64,000 bases of DNA from an uncultured Flavobacteriaceae bacterium (GTDB taxonomy: Bacteria > Bacteroidota > Bacteroidia > Flavobacteriales > Flavobacteriaceae). The position numbers were made by a program, and so were the translations under genes. Of the stretch, positions 48,781 through 59,085 are shown one piece after another (position 1 is the first letter of the stretch; each line of letters starts with the position of its first letter). The notes beneath the pieces are model-generated. The model ran no database searches. It was not told the origin of the DNA and was given only the letters and a program-made list of their open reading frames with translations. The stretch covers positions 18,742-82,741 of the forward strand of contig CAVUJH010000015.1 of assembly GCA_963741775.1 (NCBI GenBank), read 5' to 3'.

Positions 48781-51700
48781 TTAGTTGTTGGTTTCTACGG
48801 AAGAGTTCGTCTTGGCTTCCTTTGTTTTTATCCTGGAAAGTTCAGCTTTGGCTTCATCAACGATCTCGGGATATTTCTGAAAGTTCTTGATCACGTTATC
48901 CAGAATATATGTGGCCTGGTAAGCATCGCCAAGCTTGTCGAAATTCTTCGCCATAAGCACCAGTCCTTTGGCGCCCCAGCGTTTATATCCTGAGAAATCT
49001 TTAGCCAGGATCTGCACCGCAGCATTTGAAGCTTCATAATTACCGGCCTTGTTCTTGAAGTAGGCGTCATAATACAGGGCTTCAGCTGCCAATTCGCCTT
49101 TAGCAGTTTTCTGCACTTCGGAATAAGCCTTTTTAGCCCTGGCATCGTCGCCAGCCTTTATGGCCGCACGTGCCACCATCACCTGCGCATCGGTTTTGGC
49201 GTCTTTTTCTGAACTTGGATTCTGAAGCACTTTTTCAGCATAGGCATCGGCCTTGTCGAAATTGCCTAATTCATAGTAAGATTTCATGAGGTTCGATTGA
49301 GCGAACACGATATTTTGGTCAGAACCGGCTTCTTTTTCAAGGCGCTCCAGCAAAGGCACTGCATCGCGGTAATTTTCTTTTTCAAGATAGATCTGCGACA
49401 ACCTCGCCAACGCCTGCTCGGTAAATTCACTGGTTGGCCTTTCCACGATGAATTTGTAATGCGGAACGGCTTTATCTTCATTCCCGGCATCAAAGTAAAG
49501 CTGTGCCAGGTAAAAATTCGCATTGATGGAATGAATGCCGTTCGGAAACTGGTTCAGGTATTTCTCAAATCCGCTAATGGCTGCCTGGGTATTCTTGTTG
49601 AGATACTGATTTTCTGCGGCTTCATAAGTGGTATTATCAAGATCGGCATCGGTTACTTCCACGAAATCCACATTCTTAACCCAGGCTGCATAATCGTCTA
49701 CACGGTTAAGGTCTTTATAAACCAGCCTTGCGGTAGAAACCGCCTGCTGGGCTTCAGGAGTGTTCGGATAATCGCTCACCACTTTTTTCAGTCTCTCCAG
49801 CGCTTTATTCCCCTGGTCGGAATTGTAATAAATAAGTCCCTGTCGCAGGATAGCTTTTGCCACCAGCGGACTTCCCGGCACGTTGCGGATCAAGCGGTCG
49901 TAAGCCTGGATCGCTTTTGAGGTATTGTTAGTGGCCACATAGGTATTTCCCAGCTCATACAATGCATCATCGCGATAGGAAGAGCGCGGATACTTATTGA
50001 CAAACGAATTGAGTTCCTCAATTTTGGTTTCATTTCGACCAACAAATCCGTAGCTGATGGCTTTCTGAAAGGCTGCATAATCGCTGTGCGGCACGTTGTT
50101 GGCGATGGCTTTGTTGTAGGCTTCCATTGCAGGCCAATACTGGCTGGAAACAAAGTAAGTATCTCCTAATCGCAATAACGCATCATTTCTTCTCGCTTCA
50201 TCATTCTGTGTGTTTTCAGAATATTTTTTAAAATATTCAATGGCGCGGGCATATTCGTTCTTTTTGAAATAGGCGTAGCCAAGGTTATAGTTAAGGTCCT
50301 TCATTTCATCTGTTCCTCTGGCTGCACTCATTCCGCCGAATTCCTTATAACCGATGATCGCATCATCAATGCGGTTCACGTTGTATTCGCTTTCAGCTTT
50401 CCAGTAGGTCGCTTTTGCAGTAATTTGAGGATCTCTGGGCTCAGAAAGAGCTTTCTCAAATTGTTTGATAGCATCGTAATACTCTCCTTGTTCGTACAAT
50501 TCAAGGCCGTAGTAATAAGCTACCTTCTGGTATGCCTGCTTATCGCTGAAGTTCCTGTTGTTTTCCAGCAGGCGCATGGCTTCCTCATAATTCTTTGAGG
50601 TGATAAAGGAATCGATCAACAGGCTCTCGATCTCTTCGCGGGAAGTTGATTCGGGATATTTTGTAAGATAGTTGATCAACACCTGCGACGGACTTTCGTA
50701 GCTATTCCCTATTTCATAGCTGAGTTTCGCGTAATTCAGGAAGGCATCTTCCTGGATCTTGGCGTCGAAATTCATTTCGGCGGCATTCTTAAAAGCATTG
50801 AGCGCCTGTTGCTTTTGGTCGGAGTTCAGGTAAGACTGGGCCAGGTGATAATAGGCATTTTGGGCGATGGAATTCTTCCCGTCTATGATCTTGTTGAATT
50901 CAGCAATGGCTTTCTCGTAATCGCCCTGCTTGTAATAGGCATATCCCAACTGATAATAATCGGTATTATTCCACTTACCCCGCATTCCTTTATATTCTTT
51001 CAGGTAAGGAATAGCCTCTTCATATTGGCCAAGATTGAAGTAACTCTCGCCAATGATCTTGTTCAGCTGCGAAATTTCCTGGCGCCTCGCCTTTGGCAGT
51101 TGCTCTTTCCCCAGTTCTATAGCCTTCTCAAAATTGCCTAACTTGAAGTTCATATCGGCCTGGAAATAAGAAAGCTCCTCCTCGTAACGGGCATTGCCTT
51201 TGACCTCTTCGAAGTTCGCATTAGCTTCTTCATAATTGTCATTTTCGTAAGCCATATAACCGATGTAATACTTGGCCTGTGCCCCATATTCTTTGGAATC
51301 GCGCACCCGGTTAAGGTACTTCCGGGCCTCGTCAAATTGATTAGCTTTAAAATAGGCATAACCGTTATTGAAATAGAAGCGTTGCCTGTCGGCACGGCTC
51401 ATGCTTTTTTCGTCAACTTTGTCGTACCACTTCCTGGCCAGCGAATATTTTCCGGTATTAAAGTAGTAATCGGCCACGTCAAGAAAGGCCGAATTGGTTT
51501 TAGTGCTTGTAGGATAACGAGTCACGAAACGCTCCATCAAGCGGTCGGCTCCGGGCTGTCCTATTCTTACCGCGGCATTGGCGATATAATAAGCGCAGTC
51601 TGCTTCGATCTTTTCATTATTAGTATCATCCCGAACATCATCAAACAGATTCTGGGCAGCCAGGTATTGCTTGTTATTGTAGAGTTCCAGGGCGCGATTG

Positions 51701-51801
51701 AATTTCACCAGCTCATTGGTATAGGCCGCCGACTGTTGAGAAATTCCTGTAAAAGAAATGGATAGAAAAACTACAAAGAGGAAAGCTTTGCTAAGTGTCA
51801 T
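48781..51801 (-). CDS. Large periplasmic tetratricopeptide-repeat protein
   Basis: Signal peptide; many TPRs (YYQLGYAYYKQGDYEKAI etc.). Confidence 0.9.
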   Translation of the reverse strand: MTLSKAFLFVVFLSISFTGISQQSAAYTNELVKFNRALELYNNKQYLAAQNLFDDVRDDTNNEKIEADCAYYIANAAVRIGQPGADRLMERFVTRYPTSTKTNSAFLDVADYYFNTGKYSLARKWYDKVDEKSMSRADRQRFYFNNGYAYFKANQFDEARKYLNRVRDSKEYGAQAKYYIGYMAYENDNYEEANANFEEVKGNARYEEELSYFQADMNFKLGNFEKAIELGKEQLPKARRQEISQLNKIIGESYFNLGQYEEAIPYLKEYKGMRGKWNNTDYYQLGYAYYKQGDYEKAIAEFNKIIDGKNSIAQNAYYHLAQSYLNSDQKQQALNAFKNAAEMNFDAKIQEDAFLNYAKLSYEIGNSYESPSQVLINYLTKYPESTSREEIESLLIDSFITSKNYEEAMRLLENNRNFSDKQAYQKVAYYYGLELYEQGEYYDAIKQFEKALSEPRDPQITAKATYWKAESEYNVNRIDDAIIGYKEFGGMSAARGTDEMKDLNYNLGYAYFKKNEYARAIEYFKKYSENTQNDEARRNDALLRLGDTYFVSSQYWPAMEAYNKAIANNVPHSDYAAFQKAISYGFVGRNETKIEELNSFVNKYPRSSYRDDALYELGNTYVATNNTSKAIQAYDRLIRNVPGSPLVAKAILRQGLIYYNSDQGNKALERLKKVVSDYPNTPEAQQAVSTARLVYKDLNRVDDYAAWVKNVDFVEVTDADLDNTTYEAAENQYLNKNTQAAISGFEKYLNQFPNGIHSINANFYLAQLYFDAGNEDKAVPHYKFIVERPTSEFTEQALARLSQIYLEKENYRDAVPLLERLEKEAGSDQNIVFAQSNLMKSYYELGNFDKADAYAEKVLQNPSSEKDAKTDAQVMVARAAIKAGDDARAKKAYSEVQKTAKGELAAEALYYDAYFKNKAGNYEASNAAVQILAKDFSGYKRWGAKGLVLMAKNFDKLGDAYQATYILDNVIKNFQKYPEIVDEAKAELSRIKTKEAKTNSSVETNN

Positions 51802-51963
51802 TTATAGATTTTTAGGTTGATGATTCAAAGATAATTTAAAGCCTGATTTAATAACGGCCAAACCGACCTATAATTATGTTAATCTGAAAAAATATGGGCG
51901 CCCGCTGTTTGAAAAACGTATATTTACCGGTACTTTTACAACAAAAACCAACTTCTTTACCCC

Positions 51964-52647
51964 ATGTCAAACACTGTCCTGGAACTCAGAAATGCAGCGA
52001 TCTATCAACGCGAAAATCTTATTTTGTCTGAAGTAGATGTTACCGTGAACAAGGGAGACTTTGTGTACCTCATCGGGAAAACCGGAACCGGGAAAAGTAG
52101 CTTTATGAAGACGCTGTACGGGGATCTTCCGCTTACCGAAGGTGAGGGCACTATTGTAGACTATAATCTGCGAACCCTTAAAGAAAAAGACATTCCCTAT
52201 TTGCGCCGAAAGCTGGGCGTGGTATTCCAGGATTTCAAGTTGCTTACCGACCGGAATATTAAGGACAATCTGCTGTTTGTGCTGAAAGCCACTGGCTGGA
52301 AAGACAAAAATGCGATGGATAAGAAAATTGATGAAGTACTGGACAAAGTGGGAATGAAGACCAAGGGTTTCAAATATCCCTACCAGCTTTCAGGGGGAGA
52401 ACAGCAAAGAGTTGCCATCGCGAGAGCGCTGCTGAATGACCCCGAACTCATCCTTGCCGATGAACCTACCGGAAACCTTGATCCGCAGACTTCAGTAGAA
52501 GTTATGGAAGTGTTGCAGGAGATCAGCAAGAACGGCAATACCATCTTAATGGCTACTCACGATTATGCCTTGTTGTTGAAATATCCATCGAAAACCTTGA
52601 AATGCGACGGACAAAGAGTATTTGAAGTGGTTCAGAAGACTGTTTAA
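51964..52647 (+). CDS. ftsE: FtsE-like ABC ATPase
   Basis: [42 protein letters not shown]. Confidence 0.8.
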   Translation: MSNTVLELRNAAIYQRENLILSEVDVTVNKGDFVYLIGKTGTGKSSFMKTLYGDLPLTEGEGTIVDYNLRTLKEKDIPYLRRKLGVVFQDFKLLTDRNIKDNLLFVLKATGWKDKNAMDKKIDEVLDKVGMKTKGFKYPYQLSGGEQQRVAIARALLNDPELILADEPTGNLDPQTSVEVMEVLQEISKNGNTILMATHDYALLLKYPSKTLKCDGQRVFEVVQKTV

Positions 52648-52651
52648 AACA

Positions 52652-52901
52652 GTTTGAAGTTTCAGGTTTGAAGTTTCTGATTCGTTCAAGTCCTAAGGAT
52701 TAGGAATAATGACTAAGAAAAGAGGCTGTTTAAAAAGTCTTTAATACGTCATCCTGAATTCATTTCAGGATCTTAACTAATTGAGAATCAAAATCAATTT
52801 AGAAGCTGAAACAAGTTCAGCTTGACAAAATCAGAACTTTTTAGACAGTCTCTGTAATTCAAATTCCCTTACCAGGTTCCAACTTCTAACTTCGTACTTC
52901 G
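52652..52901. repeat. Period-7 tracts flanking a CGTC-REP doublet/MITE (52721-52853)
   Basis: GTTTGAA-GTTTCAG-GTTTGAA-GTTTCTG on the left; AGAGGCTGTTTAAAAAGT..ACTTTTTAGACAGTCTCT; AACTTCT-AACTTCG-TACTTCG on the right. Confidence 0.75.
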
Positions 52902-53162
52902 CTAAGCGTTTACCTCATCGGCCTTCACGCGTTGCTGAGCTTTATTGATAAAAAGGTAATAGAAATTCACACCTACGATCACTGCATTGGTAATGATTAC
53001 CGGCCAGGAGTCTATCAATGCTCCGTAGACAATAAAAGCGATACATCCAATTGAATTGACAATTCTAAGCCTGATGATATTCCTCATAAAGAAGGAAATT
53101 GCTACAAAAAAAGAGGATAGGTATCCTATCCATTCCGTAAGGCTGATTCCGAATATTTCCAT
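52902..53162 (-). CDS. Small inner-membrane protein (YgjV-like)
   Basis: EWIGY.SS...SF..RN...LR..N..GC..F..YG....WP....N. Confidence 0.7.
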   Translation of the reverse strand: MEIFGISLTEWIGYLSSFFVAISFFMRNIIRLRIVNSIGCIAFIVYGALIDSWPVIITNAVIVGVNFYYLFINKAQQRVKADEVNA

Positions 53163-53173
53163 GATAAAAAAGA

Positions 53174-53285
53174 AAGAGCTTGTTCCGAATTTGTGGATTC
53201 CGTCATTCTGAGTTTATTTCAGAATCTTAGAGAACCTGAAACAAGTTCAGGTTGACGAGCCCAGAATATCTCAGAACAAGCTCTT
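53174..53285. repeat. CGTC-REP doublet inside outer inverted repeats
   Basis: AAGAGCTTGTTC..GAACAAGCTCTT; REPs at 53201-53227 and 53231-53257. Confidence 0.8.
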
Positions 53286-53295
53286 AAATATTTAA

Positions 53296-55095
53296 TTATA
53301 CTATTTTATTTCTTTTCCTGTCATTTTCAGTAAGGAAGATCTTTCTCAAACGCAGGTGATTTGGCGTCACCTCCACATATTCGTCTTTCTGAATATATTC
53401 CAGCGCTTCCTCAAGAGAGAATTTGATAGCAGGAACGATCTTCGCTTTATCGTCGGCTCCTGAAGAGCGAACGTTAGAAAGCTTCTTGGTTTTAGTGATA
53501 TTCACCACCATATCGTCCTGACGCGAATTCTCACCGATCACCTGACCTTCGTAAATATCTTCTCCCGGATCAACAAAGAACCTTCCGCGATCCTGAAGCT
53601 TGTCAATAGAATAAGGAATAGCTTTTCCTTTTTCCATAGAAACCAAAGATCCGTTCTGGCGCTCCGGAATTCCACCTTTCAAAGGCTGATATTCTTTAAA
53701 ACGGTGAGCCATGATGGCCTCACCTGCAGTAGCTGTAAGCAACTGATTTCGCAGACCGATTATTCCGCGCGAAGGGATCATAAACTGAATATTCATACGA
53801 TCACCACGGGCTTCCATGCTCAACATCTCACCTTTTCTAAGGCTTACCATTTCCACGGCTTTTCCTGAAACCTCTTCCGGAAGGTCAATAGTGAGTTCTT
53901 CTACCGGCTCGCATTTTACGCCATCGATCTCTCTGATGATCACCTGCGGCTGCCCGATCTGAAGTTCATATCCTTCCCTTCTCATGGTCTCGATAAGTAC
54001 AGACAAGTGAAGTACCCCGCGGCCATACACTATAAATTTATCGGCGCTATCGGTTTCCTTTAACCTAAGAGCAAGGTTCTTTTCAAGCTCCTTGGTAAGT
54101 CTTTCCTTGATATGTCTTGAAGTCACGAATTTTCCGTCTTTTCCGAAGAAAGGAGAATCGTTGATCGTGAAAAGCATGCTCATGGTAGGCTCATCAATGG
54201 CGATAGTTTTAAGACCTTCAGGATTTTCAAAATCGGCAACGGTATCACCAATATCAAACCCTTCAAGTCCTACCAAAGCACAAATATCCCCGGCCTGTAC
54301 CTCGCTCACCTTCATTCTTCCGAGGCCTTCAAAAGTATGCAATTCCTTAATCTTGGTCTTTTTCACGCTGCCGTCCCTTTTTACCAAAGAAACCTGCATG
54401 CCTTCTTTCAGAACTCCGCGCTGAAGTCTCCCAATAGCAATCCTTCCCGTAAAAGAAGAAAAGTCAAGAGAAGTAATAAGCAACTGTGGAGTTCCCTGCT
54501 CGATCTTAGGAGCAGGAATATGTTCGATCACCATATCCAGAAGCGGCTCAATATTTTCGGTTGGCTTCTTCCAGTCTTCGCTCATCCAGTTGTTCTTTGC
54601 AGAACCGTAAACTGTTGGAAAATCCAGCTGCCATTCTTCGGCCCCAAGCTCAAACATCAGATCAAAAACCTTCTCATGAACCTCATCGGGAGTACAGTTC
54701 TCCTTGTCAACTTTGTTCACCACCACACATGGCTTCAGGCCAAGGTCAATAGCTTTTTGAAGTACGAAACGGGTTTGCGGCATTGGACCTTCAAAAGCAT
54801 CCACCAGCAATAAAACCCCGTCTGCCATATTCAGAACACGTTCCACTTCTCCTCCAAAGTCGGCGTGACCAGGAGTATCAATAATGTTGATCTTTGTGTC
54901 CTTATATACTACGGAAACATTCTTGGAAGTAATGGTAATTCCGCGCTCCCGCTCCAGGTCATTGTTGTCCAGGATAAGGTCGCCGGTATTCTCATTGTCT
55001 CTGAAGAGTTGGCAATGGTACATAATTTTGTCAACCAGGGTAGTTTTCCCGTGGTCAACGTGTGCAATAATTGCGATATTTTTGATAGCTGTCAT
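53296..55095 (-). CDS. typA: Translational GTPase TypA/BipA
   Basis: [38 protein letters not shown]. Confidence 0.97.
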   Translation of the reverse strand: MTAIKNIAIIAHVDHGKTTLVDKIMYHCQLFRDNENTGDLILDNNDLERERGITITSKNVSVVYKDTKINIIDTPGHADFGGEVERVLNMADGVLLLVDAFEGPMPQTRFVLQKAIDLGLKPCVVVNKVDKENCTPDEVHEKVFDLMFELGAEEWQLDFPTVYGSAKNNWMSEDWKKPTENIEPLLDMVIEHIPAPKIEQGTPQLLITSLDFSSFTGRIAIGRLQRGVLKEGMQVSLVKRDGSVKKTKIKELHTFEGLGRMKVSEVQAGDICALVGLEGFDIGDTVADFENPEGLKTIAIDEPTMSMLFTINDSPFFGKDGKFVTSRHIKERLTKELEKNLALRLKETDSADKFIVYGRGVLHLSVLIETMRREGYELQIGQPQVIIREIDGVKCEPVEELTIDLPEEVSGKAVEMVSLRKGEMLSMEARGDRMNIQFMIPSRGIIGLRNQLLTATAGEAIMAHRFKEYQPLKGGIPERQNGSLVSMEKGKAIPYSIDKLQDRGRFFVDPGEDIYEGQVIGENSRQDDMVVNITKTKKLSNVRSSGADDKAKIVPAIKFSLEEALEYIQKDEYVEVTPNHLRLRKIFLTENDRKRNKIV

Positions 55096-55199
55096 ACGAG
55101 CCTTGTTTTAAAAGGCTGCAAAGGTACGTCTATTTTTCCCGAATTAACTATTCTTATATCACATAATTAGGAAAAATCACCAGTTTCCCCCGGGCAGAA

Positions 55200-55409
55200 T
55201 CAGGAGCTTAATGAACGCTGTTTCAGACTCAAACGCACATAAAAGCCCAGATAAAGGAGAGCGACTGCGCCAAAGATAAAGGGCGCCAGGCTATTGGTAT
55301 GGTTGAAGTAGATGAAATAGACCGCGAGGATCAAGGTAGTTATGCCGTTACCCAGGAGCCGGCGACGGGTAAAATATGCTTTCAATCTCTTCTGAAATGA
55401 CTGTGACAT
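55200..55409 (-). CDS. Small two-TM membrane protein
   Basis: MSQSF... with two hydrophobic segments; follows the DinB gene. Confidence 0.55.
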   Translation of the reverse strand: MSQSFQKRLKAYFTRRRLLGNGITTLILAVYFIYFNHTNSLAPFIFGAVALLYLGFYVRLSLKQRSLSS

Positions 55410-55440
55410 GATCAAATATAGAAAAATATTCGGAACAAGC

Positions 55441-55926
55441 TCAATTTTCATCTGCCGAAGGACCATAGGTTGCCGGCACCGGCAGGTCGAGCAATCGCAG
55501 ATAAACGCCTAGTTGTGCCCGGTGATGTGGAAATTGATTCATCACCATTGTCCGCAGCACGTCAAGCCGGGGCATTTCAAAAATGACCTCCCCATCCTTC
55601 AGCATCTTCCAGTTTTTCTGATATTCCTCATCGGGTTTCTTCAAGGCAGCCTCGGCCTCACTGGCATTGTTCTTCAACGATTGAATCATCTCAGGAATGC
55701 TGTCAAAATCGGGCGATTTGTAGTCGCTCATTTCCATCTCCTCCATCTCCATCGTGCCGGTGATCCAGCTGGGGACCTCTGCAAGGTGATTCGCGAGCTC
55801 TTTCATGGTCATGGATTTTGGATGAGGACGCCAGTTGAATTTCTCTTCAGGAATCCTTTTGAGAAATTTTTCGGTGAGTGCCACCTCCTGCTGAAGGTCG
55901 GGCACCAGGAACTCGTAAATCTTCAT
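55441..55926 (-). CDS. DinB/YfiT family protein
   Basis: W.PH.KSM....LA.HL; HHRAQL.VYLRL..VP..YGPSAD. Confidence 0.9.
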   Translation of the reverse strand: MKIYEFLVPDLQQEVALTEKFLKRIPEEKFNWRPHPKSMTMKELANHLAEVPSWITGTMEMEEMEMSDYKSPDFDSIPEMIQSLKNNASEAEAALKKPDEEYQKNWKMLKDGEVIFEMPRLDVLRTMVMNQFPHHRAQLGVYLRLLDLPVPATYGPSADEN

Positions 55927-56076
55927 TACTATGTGGTTATATATGACCGTTAAATTACAATAATATCCTCCGAAATTTCTTTGTCATAGTAATTTCCAGA
56001 CTAAGGGAAAACCCTTATTTTCTGCAATTGTTCCCCCAGCCTATTTAGTTTATCTTTGTAGCCATAAACTACTGAT

Positions 56077-56895
56077 ATGAAACTTGAGAATATCCCACAA
56101 ATAAAGCACACAGACTCTGATAACTTTTTCCTCCTCGCCGGCCCCTGCGCCATTGAAGGTGAAGACATGGCTCTTAGAATCGCAGAAAAAGTTGTAGAGA
56201 TCACCGATAAACTAAAGATCCCATACGTGTTTAAAGGTTCCTTTAAAAAGGCCAACCGCAGCAGGATCGACAGTTTTACAGGAATAGGAGATGAGAAGGC
56301 GCTAAAGATCCTGCGTAAAGTGTCCGAAACCTTTAAAATTCCCACTATTACCGACATTCATGAGATTAGCGATGCCGCGATGGCTGCGGAATATGTAGAT
56401 ATCCTACAGATTCCCGCTTTCCTGGTGCGCCAAACCGATCTTGTGGTGGCCGCTGCCGAAACCGGCAAAACGGTAAACCTTAAAAAGGGACAATTCATGA
56501 GTCCCGAGAGCATGAAGCATGCTGTTACCAAAGTAACCGACTGCAATAACGAACAGGTGATGGTGACCGACCGCGGAACAATGTTTGGATACCATGACAT
56601 GATCGTCGATTTCCGTGGAATTCCAACCATGCGGGAATTCGCGCCGACAGTACTGGATGTCACTCATTCCCTTCAGCAGCCAAATCAGAGCAGCGGAGTC
56701 ACCGGAGGAAGACCTGATATGATCGAAACCATTGCGCGTGCCGGGGTAGTGAATCATGTAGATGGACTTTTCATCGAAACACATTTTGATCCGGCCAATG
56801 CCAAAAGCGATGGCGCCAATATGCTGGATCTTCAATATCTTGAAAATTTACTGAGCCACCTGGTGGCGATCAGAAAGACGATCAATTCCTTCTAA
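56077..56895 (+). CDS. kdsA: KDO 8-phosphate synthase
   Basis: AGPCAIE, KANRS, QIPAFL.RQTDL, KKGQF, DVTHSLQ.P, SDG. Confidence 0.96.
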   Translation: MKLENIPQIKHTDSDNFFLLAGPCAIEGEDMALRIAEKVVEITDKLKIPYVFKGSFKKANRSRIDSFTGIGDEKALKILRKVSETFKIPTITDIHEISDAAMAAEYVDILQIPAFLVRQTDLVVAAAETGKTVNLKKGQFMSPESMKHAVTKVTDCNNEQVMVTDRGTMFGYHDMIVDFRGIPTMREFAPTVLDVTHSLQQPNQSSGVTGGRPDMIETIARAGVVNHVDGLFIETHFDPANAKSDGANMLDLQYLENLLSHLVAIRKTINSF

Positions 56896-56918
56896 AATTG
56901 AAGTTCTTATGGAAATCC

Positions 56919-56951
56919 AAACCTCAGAGGTTTCAAAAATCTGTGAGGTTT
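56919..56951. repeat. REP-like palindrome/terminator, AAACCTCACAGG family
   Basis: AAACCTCAGAGGTTTCAAAAATCTGTGAGGTTT followed by a T-run. Confidence 0.65.
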
Positions 56952-57070
56952 TTTTTATGAAACTTTTCCGCAGAAAGTTGAAAATCAGCTTTGCTGAAAT
57001 TCCCTTTTCTGCCGGTATCTTTATTTTTCCTTATCTTTTTCGGCACAACAACCACCACAATCACATCTAT

Positions 57071-59014
57071 ATGAAAAAAACTACACAAGTTATGGCCATG
57101 GCCCTTTTAGCAGCGCTTTCGTCCTGCTCCAACCAGGAAAAGGAAAATGCGAAGGGCCAGGATATCGGAAACCTACATCTTTCCAAGGAATATCTTCATC
57201 CCGGCGACTCCGTTCGTATCAGCTACCGGGCAGCCAATGATTCTGCAACCGTTCCCGAAGCTACTGCCGAATATATTGTCGGGATCGATTTCTATCCTAC
57301 AGATATTGAACTTCAGGATTCCTCGGGAGTATGGACGGGAAAAATTGCCGTTCCTGATTCTGCAAAAGCAATTGCCTTCAAATTCAAGGTCGACGGAGAG
57401 AACGACACCAATGCGCACCAGGGATATGTGATCCCGCTCTTCGATGAAGAAGGCAACAAACTAGCCGGTTCAGAAGCAGGGATTGGGAATTATTATCTGC
57501 GGGAAGGGCGACGCAGCGGAATTAAAATTGAGAAAGATTCGGCATTGGCGATCATGGAAAAAGACTTCAGCCAATATCCTGAGTTGAGAGAAAATTTCGA
57601 CATGGTCTATCCTAACCTGCTCACGGGAAGCGATCAGGAAAAGGCTGACACTTATATGGAAGAAAGGCTGGAATTCTATAAAAACAAAGACTCCCTTTCC
57701 GGCAAAGATTACCAGGTTCTTAACAATCTTTACCGCCTTCAGAAAAAACCGGCCAAAGTAGATTCCATAAAGCAGGTGGCTATGGAGAAATATCCCAAAG
57801 GGGAATTTGCAAAATCTATTTACCGGGAAAATTTCTACATGGCAAAAGGTATTGAAGACCGCAAAGCCGTCCTCGATGAATACAACCAGAAGATAGGCGA
57901 ACCCGGCAAATATCAGGATTTCATGTACAATTATCTGGCCCGGGATTATGCGGCAGAAGGCGACTACGACTCTTTTCAGAAAACTGCCGAAAAGATAAAC
58001 GACCCGGCGGTTCTGGCCGATCTTTACAATTCGGTGGCCTGGAACATGGCCGAAGCGGGGAAAAATATCAAACAGGCAGAAGCTTTTAGCGGCAGATCAC
58101 TTGAACTACTGTCAAAGCTCAAAATTCAACCTTCAGAGAAACCTGATTATTATTCTGAAAAGCAATATCAAAATTCTCTGGACGGGCGCATCGCCATGTA
58201 TCGGGACACCTACGCTCTTACAAAATACAAGGCTGGGGAGGTGGCTCAGGCAGCAGAAATTCAGGCAAAAGCGATCAATGAAAATAGTCCCGCCGACGTC
58301 ACCACGAGATACATCAAATATCTGACGGAAATGGGAAAATATAAGGAGGCACAGGAGTTCGCTCATCAATATATCAGCCAAAATAAGGGTAACGAAGAAA
58401 TGGAAGATTATCTCAGAACGGCCTATAAAAAGAACAAAGGCTCCCTGGAAGGTTTTGACGATTATTTAGCCGAAGCCGAAACTGCCGGGCGCAATATGGC
58501 AATGAAAAAATTGCAAAAGGAAATGCTGAATGATGAAGCCCCGGCTTTTAGCCTGAAAGATCTCGATGGCAAGGAAGTTGCACTTGCCGACCTAAAGGGA
58601 AAAACAGTGGTCCTGGATTTCTGGGCCACCTGGTGTGGCCCCTGTAAGGCTTCCTTCCCCGCCATGCAAACCGCCGTAAATGATCTGAAGGCCAATGAAA
58701 ATGTAAAATTCCTGTTTATAGACACCATGGAAGATGGCAACACGGAAGCCAGAAAGAAAAGTGCCGGCGATTTTATCGAATCTAAAGATTATAGTTTCCA
58801 TGTGCTACTCGACACCCCAAAAAAAGGCAATGGCCGCGCCATTGAAACTGCCGACGCCTATGGCGTCACCGGAATTCCTACTAAGATAGTCATTGGTCCG
58901 CAGGGAAAAATTCGATTCAAAGCCATGGGATTTGACGGCAACGATCAAAAGCTGGTGGATGAACTAAAGATGATGATCGAGCTGGCGCAAAAGAACCAGG
59001 AGCCGGAAGCATAG
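57071..59014 (+). CDS. TlpA/ResA thiol-disulfide oxidoreductase lipoprotein with helical repeats
   Basis: Lipobox LSSC; LDFWATWCGPC; GIPT. Confidence 0.88.
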   Translation: MKKTTQVMAMALLAALSSCSNQEKENAKGQDIGNLHLSKEYLHPGDSVRISYRAANDSATVPEATAEYIVGIDFYPTDIELQDSSGVWTGKIAVPDSAKAIAFKFKVDGENDTNAHQGYVIPLFDEEGNKLAGSEAGIGNYYLREGRRSGIKIEKDSALAIMEKDFSQYPELRENFDMVYPNLLTGSDQEKADTYMEERLEFYKNKDSLSGKDYQVLNNLYRLQKKPAKVDSIKQVAMEKYPKGEFAKSIYRENFYMAKGIEDRKAVLDEYNQKIGEPGKYQDFMYNYLARDYAAEGDYDSFQKTAEKINDPAVLADLYNSVAWNMAEAGKNIKQAEAFSGRSLELLSKLKIQPSEKPDYYSEKQYQNSLDGRIAMYRDTYALTKYKAGEVAQAAEIQAKAINENSPADVTTRYIKYLTEMGKYKEAQEFAHQYISQNKGNEEMEDYLRTAYKKNKGSLEGFDDYLAEAETAGRNMAMKKLQKEMLNDEAPAFSLKDLDGKEVALADLKGKTVVLDFWATWCGPCKASFPAMQTAVNDLKANENVKFLFIDTMEDGNTEARKKSAGDFIESKDYSFHVLLDTPKKGNGRAIETADAYGVTGIPTKIVIGPQGKIRFKAMGFDGNDQKLVDELKMMIELAQKNQEPEA

Positions 59015-59031
59015 AGAGACTTCCGAAAATT

Positions 59032-59069
59032 AAAAAAGCTGCCTGAAAACTTTTTCAGGCAGCTTTTTT
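59032..59069. terminator. Bidirectional terminator
   Basis: AAAAAAGCTGCCTGAAAA..TTTTCAGGCAGCTTTTTT. Confidence 0.85.
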
Positions 59070-59085
59070 AATGGGATGTCCTAAG

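Noticed and set aside
25385-49920. Long antisense ORFs (e.g. 25385-26269, 31621-32349, 47683-48417, 49297-49920)
   Set aside because: They are shadow frames opposite well-supported genes.
56909-57070. N-terminal extension of the TlpA ORF
   Set aside because: It runs through a REP/terminator; the lipoprotein signal starts at ATG 57071.
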